64,000 nucleotides of DNA from Somniosus microcephalus. Its lineage: Eukaryota. The stretch covers positions 234,918,001-234,982,000 of the forward strand of contig CM126211.1 in the NCBI GenBank assembly GCA_052327205.1, written 5' to 3'. Both the position numbers and the translations under genes were made by a program. Numbering within the stretch: the stretch's first letter is position 1; each line of letters starts with the position of its first letter. The notes under the pieces were generated by a model. That model saw nothing but the letters and a program-made list of their open reading frames with translations, was not told the origin of the DNA and searched no databases. This document shows, in pieces, positions 24,277-35,904 of the stretch.

Positions 24277-27200
24277 CCGATTTGTCCTCCTCCCTCGCTC
24301 GCGGGGGGAGTTGTGTCTGATTTGTCCTCCTTCCTCGCTCGCGGGGAGAGTTGTGTCTGATTTGTCCTCCTCCCTCGCTCGCGGGGGGAGTTGTGGCCGA
24401 TTTGTCCTCCTCCCTCGCTCGCGGGGGGAGTTGTGTCTGATTGTCCTCCTTCCTCGCTCGCGGGGAGAGTTGTGTCTGATTTGTCCTCCTCCCTCGCTCG
24501 CGGGGGGAGTTGTGTCGGATTTGTCCTCCTTCCTCGCTCACGGGGAGAGTTGTGTCTGATTTGTCCTCCTCCCTCGCTCGCGGGGAGAGTTGTGTCTGAT
24601 TTGTCCTCCTCCCTCGCTCGTGGGGAGAGTTGTGTCTGATTTGTCCTCCTTCCTCGCTCGCGGGGAGAGTTGTGTCTGATTTGTCCTCCTCCCTCGCTCG
24701 CGGGGAGAGTTGTGTCTGATTTGTCCTCCCTCGCTCGCGGGGAGAGTTGTGTCTGATTTGTCCTCCTTCCTCGCTCGCGGGGGGAGTTGTGTCTGATTTG
24801 TCCTCCTCCCTCGCTCTCGGGGGGAGTTGTGTCTGATTGTCCTCCCTCGCTCGCGGTGAGAGTTGTGTCTGATTTGTCCTCCCTCGCTCGCGGGGAGAGT
24901 TGTGTCTGATTTGTCGTCCTCCCTCGCTCGCGGGGGGAGTTGTGTCTGATTTGTCCTCCTCCCTCGCTCGCAGGGAGAGTTGTGTCTGATTGTCCTCCTT
25001 CCTCGCTCGCGGGGAGAGTTGTGTCTGATTTGTCCTTCCTCGCTCACGGGGGGGGAGTTGTGTCTGATTTGTCCTCCTCCCTCGCTCGCGGGGAGAGTTG
25101 TGTCTGATTTGTCGTCCTTCCTCGCTCTCGGGGAGAGTTGTGTCTGATTTGTCCTTCCTCGCTCGCGGGGAGAGTTGTGTCTGATTTGTCCTTCCTCGCT
25201 CACGGGGGGAGTTGTGTCTGATTTGTCCTCCTTCCTCGCTCGCGGGGAGAGTTGTGTCTGATTTGTCCTTCCTCGCTCGCGGGGAGAGTTGTGTCTGATT
25301 TGTCCTTCCTCGCTCGCGGGGAGAGTTGTGTCTGATTTGTCCTCCCTCGCTCGCGGGGGGAGTTGTGTCTGATTTGTCCTCCTCCCTCGCTCGCGGGGGG
25401 AGTTGTGTCTGATTTGTCCTCCTTCCTCGCTCGCGGGGGGAGTTGTGTCTGATTTGTCCTCCTCCCTCGCTCGCGGGGAGAGTTGTGTCTGATTTGTCCT
25501 CCTTCCTCGCTCGCGGGGAGAGTTGTGTCTGATTTGTCCTCCTTCCTCGCTCGCGGGGAGAGTTGTGTCTGATTTGTCCTCCTTCCTCGCTCGCGGGGGG
25601 AGTTGTGTCTGATTTGTCCTCCTCCCTCGCTCGCGGGGAGAGTTGTGTCTGATTTGTCCTCCTTCCTCGCTCGCGGGGAGAGTTGTGTCTGATTTGTCCT
25701 CCTCCCTCGCTCGCGGGGAGAGTTGTGTCTGATTTGTCCTCCTTCCTCGCTCGCGGGGAGAGTTGTGTCTGATTTGTCCTCCTCCCTCGCTCGCGGGGAG
25801 AGTTGTGTCTGATTTGTCCTCCTCCCTCGCTCGCGGGGGGTGTTGTGTCTGATTTGTCCTCCTTCCTCGCTCGCGGGGAGAGTTGTGTCTGATTTGTCCT
25901 CCTTCCTCGCTCGCGGGGAGAGTTGTGTCTGATTTGTCCTCCTTCCTCGCTCGCGGGGGGAGTTGTGTCTGATTTGTCCTCCTTCCTCGCTCGCGGGGAG
26001 AGTTGTGTCTGATTTGTCCTCCTCCCTCGCTCGCGGGGGGTGTTGTGTCTGATTTGTCCTCCTCCCTCGCTCGCAGGGAGAGTTGTGTCTGATTTGTCCT
26101 CCTCCCTCGCTCGCGGGGGGTGTTGTGTCTGATTTGTCCTCCTCCCTCGCTCGCGGGGAGAGTTGTGTCTGATTTGTCCTCCTCCCTCGCTCGCGGGTAG
26201 AGTTGTGTCTGATTTGTCCTCCTCCCTCGCTCGCGGGGAGAGTTGTGTCTGATTGTCCTCCCTCGCTCGCGGGGAGAGTTGTGTCTGATTTGTCCTCCTC
26301 CCTGGCTCGCGGGGAGAGTTGTGTCTGATTTGTCCTCCTCCCTCGCTCGCGGGGGGAGTTGTGTCTGATTTGTCCTCCTCCCTCGCTCGCGGGGGGAGTT
26401 GTGTCTGATTTGTCCTCCTCCCTCGCTCGCGAGGAGAGTTGTGTCTGATTTGTCCTCCCTCGCTCGCGGGGAGAGTTGTGTCTGATTTGTCCTCCTCCCT
26501 CGCTCGCGGGGGGAGTTGTGTCTGATTTGTCCTCCTTCCTCGCTCGCGGGGAGAGTTGTGTCTGATTTGTCCTCCTTCCTCGCTCGCGGGGAGAGTTGTG
26601 TCTGATTTGTCCTCCTTCCTCGCTCGCGGGGAGAGTTGTGTCTGATTTGTCCTCCTTCCTCGCTCGCGGGGAGAGTTGTGTCTGATTTGTCCTCCTTCCT
26701 CGCTCGCGGGGAGAGTTGTGTCTGATTTGTCCTTCCTCGCTCACGGGGGGAGTTGTGTCTGATTTGTCCTCCTTCCTCGCTCGCGGGGGGAGTTGTGTCT
26801 GATTTGTCCTCCTTCCTCGCTCTCGGGGGGAGTTGTGTCTAATTTGTCCTCCTTCCTCGCTCACGGGGGGAGTTGTGTCCGATTTGTCCTCCTCCCTCGC
26901 TCGCGGGGAGAGTTGTGTCCGATTTGTCCTCCTTCCTCGCTCGCGGGGAGAGTTGTGTCTGATTTGTCCTCCCTCGCTCGCGGGGGGAGTTGTGTCTGAT
27001 TTGTCCTTCCTCGCTCGCGGGGAGAGTTGTGTCTGATTTGTCCTCCTTCCTCGCTCGCGGGGGGAGTTGTGTCTGATTTGTCCTCCTCCCTCGCTCGCGA
27101 GGAGAGTTGTGTCTGATTTGTCCTTCCTCGCTCGCGGGGGGAGTTGTGTCTGATTTGTCCTTCCTCGCTCGCGGGGGGAGTTGTGTCTGATTTGTCCTCC

Positions 27201-28217
27201 CTCGCTCGCGGGGGGAGTTGTGTCTGATTTGTCCTTCCTCGCTCGCGGGGGGAGTTGTGTCTGATTTGTCCTTCCTCGCTCGCGGGGAGAGTTGTGTCTG
27301 ATTTGTCCTTCCTCGCTCGCGGGGGGAGTTGTGTCTGATTTGTCCTCCTTCCTCGCTCGCGGGTAGAGTTGTGTCTGATTTGTCCTCCCTCGCTCGCGGG
27401 GGGAGTTGTGTCTGATTTGTCCTCCCTCGCTCGCGGGGAGAGTTGTGTCCGATTTGTCCTCCTTCCTCGCTCGCGGGGGGAGTTGTGTCTGATTTGTCCT
27501 CCTCCCTCGCTCGCGGGGGGCGTTGTCTGATTTGTCCTCCTTCCTCGCTCTCGGGGGGGAGTTGTGGGCTCTTTGTCCTCCTCCCTCGCTCGCGGGGGGA
27601 GTTGTGTCTGATTTGTCCTCCTTCCTCGCTCGCGGGGGGAGTTGTGGCCGATTTGTCCTCCTCCCTCGCTCGCGGGGGGAGTTGTGGCTGATTTGTCCTC
27701 CTCCCTCGCTCGCGGGGGGAGTTGTGTCTGATTTGTCCTCCTCCCTCGCTCGCGGGGAGAGTTGTGTCTGATTTGTCGTCCTTCCTCGCTCGCGGGGAGA
27801 GTTGTGTCTGATTTGTCCTCCTCCCTCGCTCGCGGGGAGAGTTGTGGGCTCTTTGTCCTCCTCCCTCGCTCGCAGGGAGAGTTGTGGCCGATTTGTCGTC
27901 CTCCCTCGCTCGCGGGGGGAGTTGTGTCTGATTTGTCCTCCTCCCTCGCTCGCAGGGAGAGTTGTGGCCGATTTGTCCTCCTCCCTCGCTCGCAGGGAGA
28001 GTTGTGTCTGATTTGTCCTCCTCCCTCGCTCGCGGGGGGAGTTGTGTCTGATTTGTCCTCCTCCCTCGCTCGCGGGGGGAGTTGTGGCCGCTTTGTCCTC
28101 CTCCCTCGCTCGCGGGGGGAGTTGTGGCCGATTTGTCCTCCTCCCTCGCTCGCGGGGGGAGTTGTGGCCGATTTGTCCTCCTCCCTCGCTCGCGGGGGGA
28201 GTTGTGGCCGATTTGTC
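24277..28217. repeat. 37/40-bp CpG-rich minisatellite, about 100 copies
   Basis: Unit GATTTGTCCTCCT(C/T)CCTCGCTCGCGGGG(G/A)GAGTTGTGTCT. Confidence 0.97.
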
Positions 28218-28470
28218 GTGCACTAACTGCAAACCAAGCTGAGGTCAGACTGACTCTCAGACTGGGAATCGATTTTGAGCCTGCTGGCAAGTCTGATTTA
28301 CTGTTAGGTGAGATGGGGCCTTTTGCCAGTACACCGTGGGGGGAGGAAGAATTTGGAGAAATTTCAGTTCCATTTTTGACCACGTATTCATCCCAGCTCA
28401 TTTCAAACGCGTTGCATTAACTGCTTTCACTGAGAGCCTGTTGCATGTCCTTTCTACTGGTGGCTACTCT

Positions 28471-29930
28471 GTCAGCTGTGGCTCAGTGGGCAGCACCCTC
28501 GCCTCCGAGTCACAAGGTTGTGGGTTCATAGTCCCACTCCAGGGACTTGAGCACAAAAATCCAGGCTGACACTCCAGTGCAGTACTGAGGGAGCGCCGCA
28601 CTGTCGGAGGGGCAGTACTGAGGGAGCGCCGCACTGTCGGAGGGGCGGGTACTGAGGGAGCGCCGCACTGTCGGAGGGGCAGGACTGAGGGAGCGCCGCA
28701 CTCTCCGTCGGAGGGGCAGTACTGAGGGAGCGCCGCACTGTCGGAGGGGCAGTACTGAGGGAGCGCCGCACTGTCGGTGGGGCGGTACTGAGGGAGCGCC
28801 GCACTGTCGGAGGGGCGGGTACTGAGGGAGCGCCGCACTGTCGGAGGGGCGGGTACTGAGGGAGCGCCGCACTGTCGGAGGGGCAGTACTGAGGGAGCGC
28901 CGCACTGTCGGAGGGGCAGTACTGAGGGAGCGCCGCACTGTCGGAGGGGCAGTACTGAGGGAGCGCCGCACTGTCGGCGGGGCAGTACTGAGGGAGCGCT
29001 GCACTGTCGGAGAGGCAGTACTGAGGGAGCGCCGCACTGTCGGAGGGTCAGTACTGAGGGAGCGCCGCACTGTCGGAGGGTCAGTACTGAGGGAGCGCCG
29101 CACTGTCGGAGGGGCGGTACTGAGGGAGCGCCGCACTGTCGGAGGGGCGGTACTGAGGGAGCGCCGCACTGTCGGAGGGGCAGTACTGAGGGAGCGCCGC
29201 ACTGTCGGAGGGGCAGTACTGAGGGAGCGCCGCACTGTCGGAGGGGCAGTACTGAGGGAGCGCCGCACTGTCGGAGGGGCAGTACTGAGGGAGCGCCGCA
29301 CTGTCGGAGGGGCAGTACTGAGGGAGCGCCGCACTGTCGGAGGGGCAGTACTGAGGGAGTGCCGCACTGTTGGAGGGGCAGTACTGAGAGCGCGCCGCAC
29401 TGTCGGAGGGGCAGTACTGAGGGCGCGCCGCACTGTCGGAGGGGCAGTACTGAGGGAGAGCTGCACTGTCGGAGGGGCAGTACTGAGGGAGCGCCGCACT
29501 GTCGGAGGGGCAGTACTGAGGGAGAGCTGCACTGTCGGAGGGGCAGCACTGAGGGAGCGCCGCACTGTCGGAGGGGCAGTACTGAGGGAGCGCCGCACTG
29601 TCGGAGGTGCCACCTTTCGGATGAGACGCTAAACCGAGACTCCATCTGTTCTGTCAGGTGATGTAAAAGATCCCAAGGCCGCTATTGGAAGCAGAGCAGG
29701 GGGAGTTCTCCCCGGTGTCCTGGGGCCAATATTTATCCCTCAACCAACATCACTAAAACAGATTATCTGGTCATTATCTCATTGCTATTTGTGGGATCTT
29801 GCTGTGTGCAAATTGGCTGCCGTGTTTCCCACATTATAACAGTGACTACACTCCAAAAAGTACTTCATTGGCTGTAAAGCACTTTGGGACGTCCGGTGGT
29901 CGTGAAAGGCGCTGTGGAAATTCAAGTCTT
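28471..29930 (+). mobile_element. Full-length DeuSINE (SacSINE1-like) with 33-bp array (about 31 units, 28575-29607)
   Basis: tRNA-like head (TGGCTCAGTGG; GGTTCATAGTCC), array, Deu domain and L2-type tail TGTAAAGCACTTTGGGACGTCC...AAAGGCGCT. Confidence 0.9.
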
Positions 29931-30111
29931 CCATTTACTCTGTGAGGGGGAGGTCAGCCACTCACCAGACTCGGTATAGGGGATACTTAGTATTCATAGT
30001 GAGGTGGCACGTGGGTGCTGTAGCAAGGCATTAAGCTGACGCAAATATCCCGGGCATCGATTGTCTGTCGCCCCGTTTATCGTTAACGTCCCCGGTTTTT
30101 CTTTCTCCTAG

Positions 30112-30285
<174 letters not shown>

Positions 30286-31224
30286 TGATCTCGATTATAC
30301 ATCCCTGCGGGCATCACTGTCGTGCGGGGCAGATACACGCAGAGCTCCCTTAACATCACCGCATTGTGTACTTCCTGGGATAGGGACTATATCACTGCAT
30401 CAAACATTCCCAGGTCAGGTATAGCTGCATTAGCACAGTGTACACCGGATCATCTACATTTACATTGCGCACTCCCAGGTCAGTTATATATAGAGTTCCA
30501 TTACGATATTACATTGAGCACACCCTTTGTGTGATCCAAGTATTTGCAAGGATCAGTATAGCACTTGTATTTATTATGCTGCAGCTCTCTGTTGTGGCGA
30601 GCTGTTACAGAGCTCCCTCCAGTACTGTAGCGGGGTCTCGCAGGATGTCGGGGAGATCCGTACGTGTCTGCTGTTCACATCAATCAGAAATGAATTCCTG
30701 AGCATCACTCCGTGCTGTGGAGCCGTGCCCACTGGGTTGTGACTGATCCATCCTTGACACTAGTTGGCACGTTGATGTTTCATATAATCTAAACCCAGGC
30801 CCAAAGGGCAGAGCGGCAACCAACTACACCACTGTCGGAGAGTGGAGACCGGGCTCCATTTAAACTCGGCTGGAAGTTAAGCTCGTCTTTCATTTGTTTT
30901 CCCCTCCGCTCCTCCCGATGAATGTTGCTGAGGTACAGTTCCACATTCATTTGTTTAAGAGGCCGATCTCCATGTGTGGAGCTGATGCGGAATATTCGAC
31001 CACAGTAGGCGGCACAGACTGGCCTCCTCGTGTTCTTACCTGGCATCCGTGCACACGCTTTCCAGCACAGGTCACTGCGCCGAGATTGGGAGCGGGGCGC
31101 TGGGCTCAGTTCAGATCTGCTAACTCAGACCAGGAATCGAACCCGTGACCTACAGGTGTATGTGGCTCTGTGCCACAGTGCCTGGCTCCTGTATTCGGGA
31201 GCTCTTTACAAACTCACGGAGTTA

Positions 31225-31530
31225 AGAACATAAGGAATAAGAGCAGGAGTCGGCCATACGGCCCCTCGAGCCTGCTCCGCCATTCAATAAGATCACGGCT
31301 GATCTTCGACATCAACTCCACTTTCCCGCCCGATCCCCATATCCCTCGATTCCCCTAGAGTCCAAAAATCTATCGATCTCAGCCTTGAATATACTCAACG
31401 ATTGAGCCTCCACAGCCCTCTGGGGCAGAGAATTCCAAAGATTCACCGCCCTCTGAGTGAAGACATTCCTCCTCATCTCAGTCCTAAATGGCCGACCCCT
31501 TATCCTGAGACTGTGACCCCTGGTTCTAGA
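31225..31530 (-). mobile_element. CR1 3' fragment
   Basis: Reverse complement of the same 3' end as 2558-2983. Confidence 0.87.
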
Positions 31531-31867
31531 GTTGCTTGATTTCAGTCCTGTTTCCTCCCAGTTTTATTGAAATAACCAAGTCCCCCTCATTCTCCAACTC
31601 CAGTCAAGGAAACCGCACTGTGGACTTGCTCATTACTGTGACTTAGCTCGACTCTGTGTGGGGCGAGCTGCTTTCACGAGTCTGCGCAGAGTGAGTGAGG
31701 TTTGACCCCTCTCGCTCTTTCTGCTCTGGGACCAGAGTCCACGGACTGTGGCCCAAGTTTTCGGTCTGGGCAGTCTGCGATTTTCCGACCCATCTCCTTA
31801 ATGGCGGTTGAGCGCAGAAGCAGGACACCCCGGTGAAATACAGCTTTCCACCCGGGATGGGGTTTAA

Positions 31868-32461
<594 letters not shown>

Positions 32462-32896
32462 TAATCATAGAATCACAGAAGGAGGCCATTCGGCCCACCG
32501 TGCCTTTGAAAGAGCTCTCCAATTAGTCCCACTCCCCCCTGCTCTTTTCCCACAGCCCTGCACATTTCTCCCCTTCAAGTATTTATCCGATTTGGATAAT
32601 GGTTTTGAAAAAGCTGAATATGGGGACAGGGCAGGGTAATAGGATTACAGCGGCCCGGTCCGACTGAAGAGCTGGAACCCGCACAGGCACGATGGGCCGA
32701 ATGCCCTGTCGGTGCTGAAATTTCACAATTCTAGGAAGAAACACTAAAACATTAATACAGGGGCCACGATCATCACATTAAATAAATACTGCACCTGTGT
32801 TTTATTCCTTAATCCAGTAAGTGCCTTCATGTGGTCTCATGATCGGTGTTGTAACAGAAAACCTAACCTTGCATATTATCCAATCAGTATCCTACA

Positions 32897-33910
32897 CGGT
32901 CAGCTTGGCTCCGTGGGTAACACTCTTGCATTCTTTTGCGTCAGAAGGTTGTGGGTTCACGTCCCACTCCAGAGACATAATCCGGGCCGACACTCCAGTG
33001 CAGTACTGAGGGAGCGCTGCACTGTCGGAGGGGCAGTACTGAGGGAGCGCCGCACTGTCGGAGGGGCAGTACTGAGGGAGCACCGCACTGTCGGAGGGGC
33101 AGTACTGAGGGAGCGCCGCACTGTCGGAGGGGCAGTACTGAGGGAGCGCCGCACTGTCGGAGGGGCAGTACTGAGGGAGCGCCGCACTGTCGGAGGGGCA
33201 GTACTGAGGGAGCGCCGCACTGTCGGAGGGGCAGTACTGAGGGAGCGCCGCACTGTCGGAGGGGCAGTACTGAGGGAGCGCCGCACTGTCGGAGGGGCAG
33301 TACTGAGGGAGCGCCGCACTGTCGGAGGGGCAGTACTGAGGGAGCGCCGCACTGTCGGAGGGGCAGTACTGAGGGAACGCTGCACTGTCGGAGGGGCAGT
33401 ACTGAGGGAGCGCCGCACTGTCGGAGGGGCAGTACTGAGGGAGCGCCGCACTGTCGGGCAGTGCTGAGGGAGCGCCGCACTGTCGGAGGGGCAGTACTGA
33501 GGGAGCGCCGCACTGTCGGAGGGGCAGTACTGAGGGAGCACTGCACTGTCGGAGGGGCTGTACTGAGGGAGGGCCGCACTGTCGGAGGGGCAGTACTGAG
33601 GGAGCGCTGCACTGTCGGAGAGGCAGTACTGAGGGAGTGCCGCACTGTCGAAGGGGCAGTACCGAGGGAGTGCTGCACTGTTGGAGGGGCAGTACTGAGG
33701 GAACGCTGCACTGTTGGAGGGGCAGTACTGAGGGAGCGCCGTACTGTTGGAGGGGCAGTACTGAGGGAGCGCTGCACTGTTGGATTGGCAGTACTGAGGG
33801 AGCGGCGCACTGTCGAAGGGGCAGTACTGAGGGAGTGCCGCACTGTCGGAGGGTCAGTACTGAGGGAGCGCCGCATTTAATGTCATTATTGGAAGAGCAG
33901 GGGAGTTCTG
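32897..33910 (+). mobile_element. DeuSINE with 33-bp array (about 26 units); Deu domain mostly deleted
   Basis: Head TGGCTCCGTGG / GGTTCACGTCC; the array ends close to TATTGGAAGAGCAGGGGAGTTCT. Confidence 0.85.
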
Positions 33911-33918
33911 CCTGTGCT

Positions 33919-34123
33919 AAAGCAAAATACTGAAATAAAAACAGGAAATGCTGGAAATACTCAGCAGGTCAGGGAGCATCTGTGGAGAGAGAAACAAAGT
34001 TAACGTTTCAGTTCGATGAACTTTCATCAGAGGGTTCTGACAAAAGGTCATCGAGATGAAATGTTAACTCTGTTTCTCTCTCCACAGATGCTGCCTGACC
34101 TGCTGAGTTCTCCCAGTGTCCTG
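33919..34123. mobile_element. Penelope-type inverted-repeat element with hammerhead-like cores
   Basis: Imperfect arms of about 80 bp (ACTCAGCAGGTCAGG.AGCATCTGTGGAGAGAGAAAC / GTTTCTCTCTCCACAGATGCTGCCTGACCTGCTGAGT); CTGATGA..GAAAC on the - strand. Confidence 0.6.
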
Positions 34124-35904
34124 GTTAGCAGTTAATGGACCTCACTTTAAAAAAAAAAACGAGCAACTGGTGATTTATCTCGGCACTGTTTATGCACAAG
34201 AACAGAGGTTTATTAGAATGGATAACTTTACCATGAGTGCCTATTGAGGCAGAGTTTTGAACATCATTTGAAACAAAATTGGATGGTACTTGAAAGGGAA
34301 TGATCTTGCTGCTATATTTGCTTAAACAATCATTGCACTTCAAAGTAATTCATTGTATTTGAGAGACACAATAAGGAGCTAGGCAAGTGGAAGAAAAGAA
34401 AGTCTTGCATTTATTTATACAGCATCTTTCAAGACCTCAGAACTTCCCAAAGCCCTTAACAGCCTTTTAAGTACTTTTAAAGTGTTGTAATGTAGGAAAC
34501 GTGGCAGCCAATTTGTGCACAGCAAGGTCCCACAAACAGCATTATGATGAGGGACGAGTTGGCTAAAGTAGATTGGGGAAACTACTTTAAAAGGTATGAC
34601 GGTAGAGAAGCAATGGCTAGCATTTAAAGAATAAATACATCATTTACAACAAATACACATTCCTTTAAGGCACAAAAACCCCACAGGAAAAGTGGCCCAA
34701 CCGTGGCTAACAAGAGAAGTTAAAGATAGTATTAGATCAAAGGAAGAGGCTTATAATGTTGCCAAGAAGAGCAGTAAGCCTGAGGATTGGGAGGATTTTG
34801 GAATTCAGCAAAGGAGGACCAAGAAATTGATAAAGAAAGGGGAAATAGAATATGAGGGTAAACTAGCGAGAGACATAAAAACAGACTGTAAAAGCTTCTA
34901 TAGGTGTGTAAAAAGGAAAAGATTAGCGAAAGTAAATGTGGGTCCCTTACAGGCTGAGACAGGAGAAATTATAATGGGGAATAAGGAAATGGCAGAGAAA
35001 TTAAACAAATATTTAGTGTCTGTCTTCACGGAAGAAGACACAAAAAACTTCCCGGAAATAGTGGCGAACCAAGGATTTAGCGAAAATGAGGAACTGAAAG
35101 AAATTAGTATTAGTAAAAAGAATAGTACTGGAGAAATTAATGGGACTGAAAGCCGATAAATCTCCTGGACCTGATGGCCTACATCCTAGGGTTTGGAGAG
35201 GATGCATTGGTTGTCATTTTCCAAAATTCCATGGATTCTAGAACGGTTCCCGCGGATTGGAAGGTGGCAAATGTAACCCCACTATTTAAGAAAGGAGGGA
35301 GAGAGAAAATGGCGAACTACAGACCAGTTAGCCTGATATCAGTAGTAGGGCAAATGCTAGAATCTATTATTAAGGACGTGATAACAGGACACTTAGAAAA
35401 TAATAATAGGATTGGGCAGAGTCAACACGGATTTATGAAAGGGAAATCGTGTTTGACGAATCTGTTAGAGTTTTTTGAGATTGTAACTAGCAGAATAGAT
35501 AAGGGGGAACCAGTGGATGTGGTGTATTTGGATTTTCAGAAGGCATTCGATAAGGTGCCACACGAGGTAATTAAACAAAATTAGGGCTCATGGATTGGGG
35601 GTAATATACTAGCACGGATTGAGGATTGGTTAACGGACAGAAAACAGAGAGTAGGAATAAACGGGTCATTTTCGGGTTGGCAGGCTGTAACTAGTGGGGT
35701 ACCGCAAGGATCAGTGCTTGGGCCTCAGCTATTCACAATCTACATCAATGATTTGGATGAGGGGACCAAATGTAATATATCCAAGTTTGCCGATGATACA
35801 AAGCTGGGTGGGAATGTAAGTTGTGAGGAGGATGCAAGGAGACTTCAAGGGGATATAGACAAGCTAAGTGAGTGGGCAAGAACATGGCAAATGGAATATA
35901 ATGT

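Noticed and set aside
16890-28217. CRISPR-like appearance of the regular arrays
   Set aside because: Units are head-to-tail with no unique spacers, no cas genes, eukaryotic intron context
25200-28232. 1010-aa ORF (and overlapping 520-aa ORF) on the - strand
   Set aside because: Translation of a 37/40-bp tandem repeat that lacks stops on that strand and cycles through all frames; no domain or splice context
28471-28550. tRNA gene (A and B boxes)
   Set aside because: It is the tRNA-derived head of the SINE, continuous with the SINE body; no cloverleaf or T-run terminator
28464-29645. Long 11-residue-repeat ORFs (RRSLSTAPPTV, QCGAPSVLPLR, TEGAPHCRRGS) here and at the other SINE arrays
   Set aside because: A 33-bp unit open in several frames at once inside SINEs; repeat artefact, not a zinc-finger or structural protein
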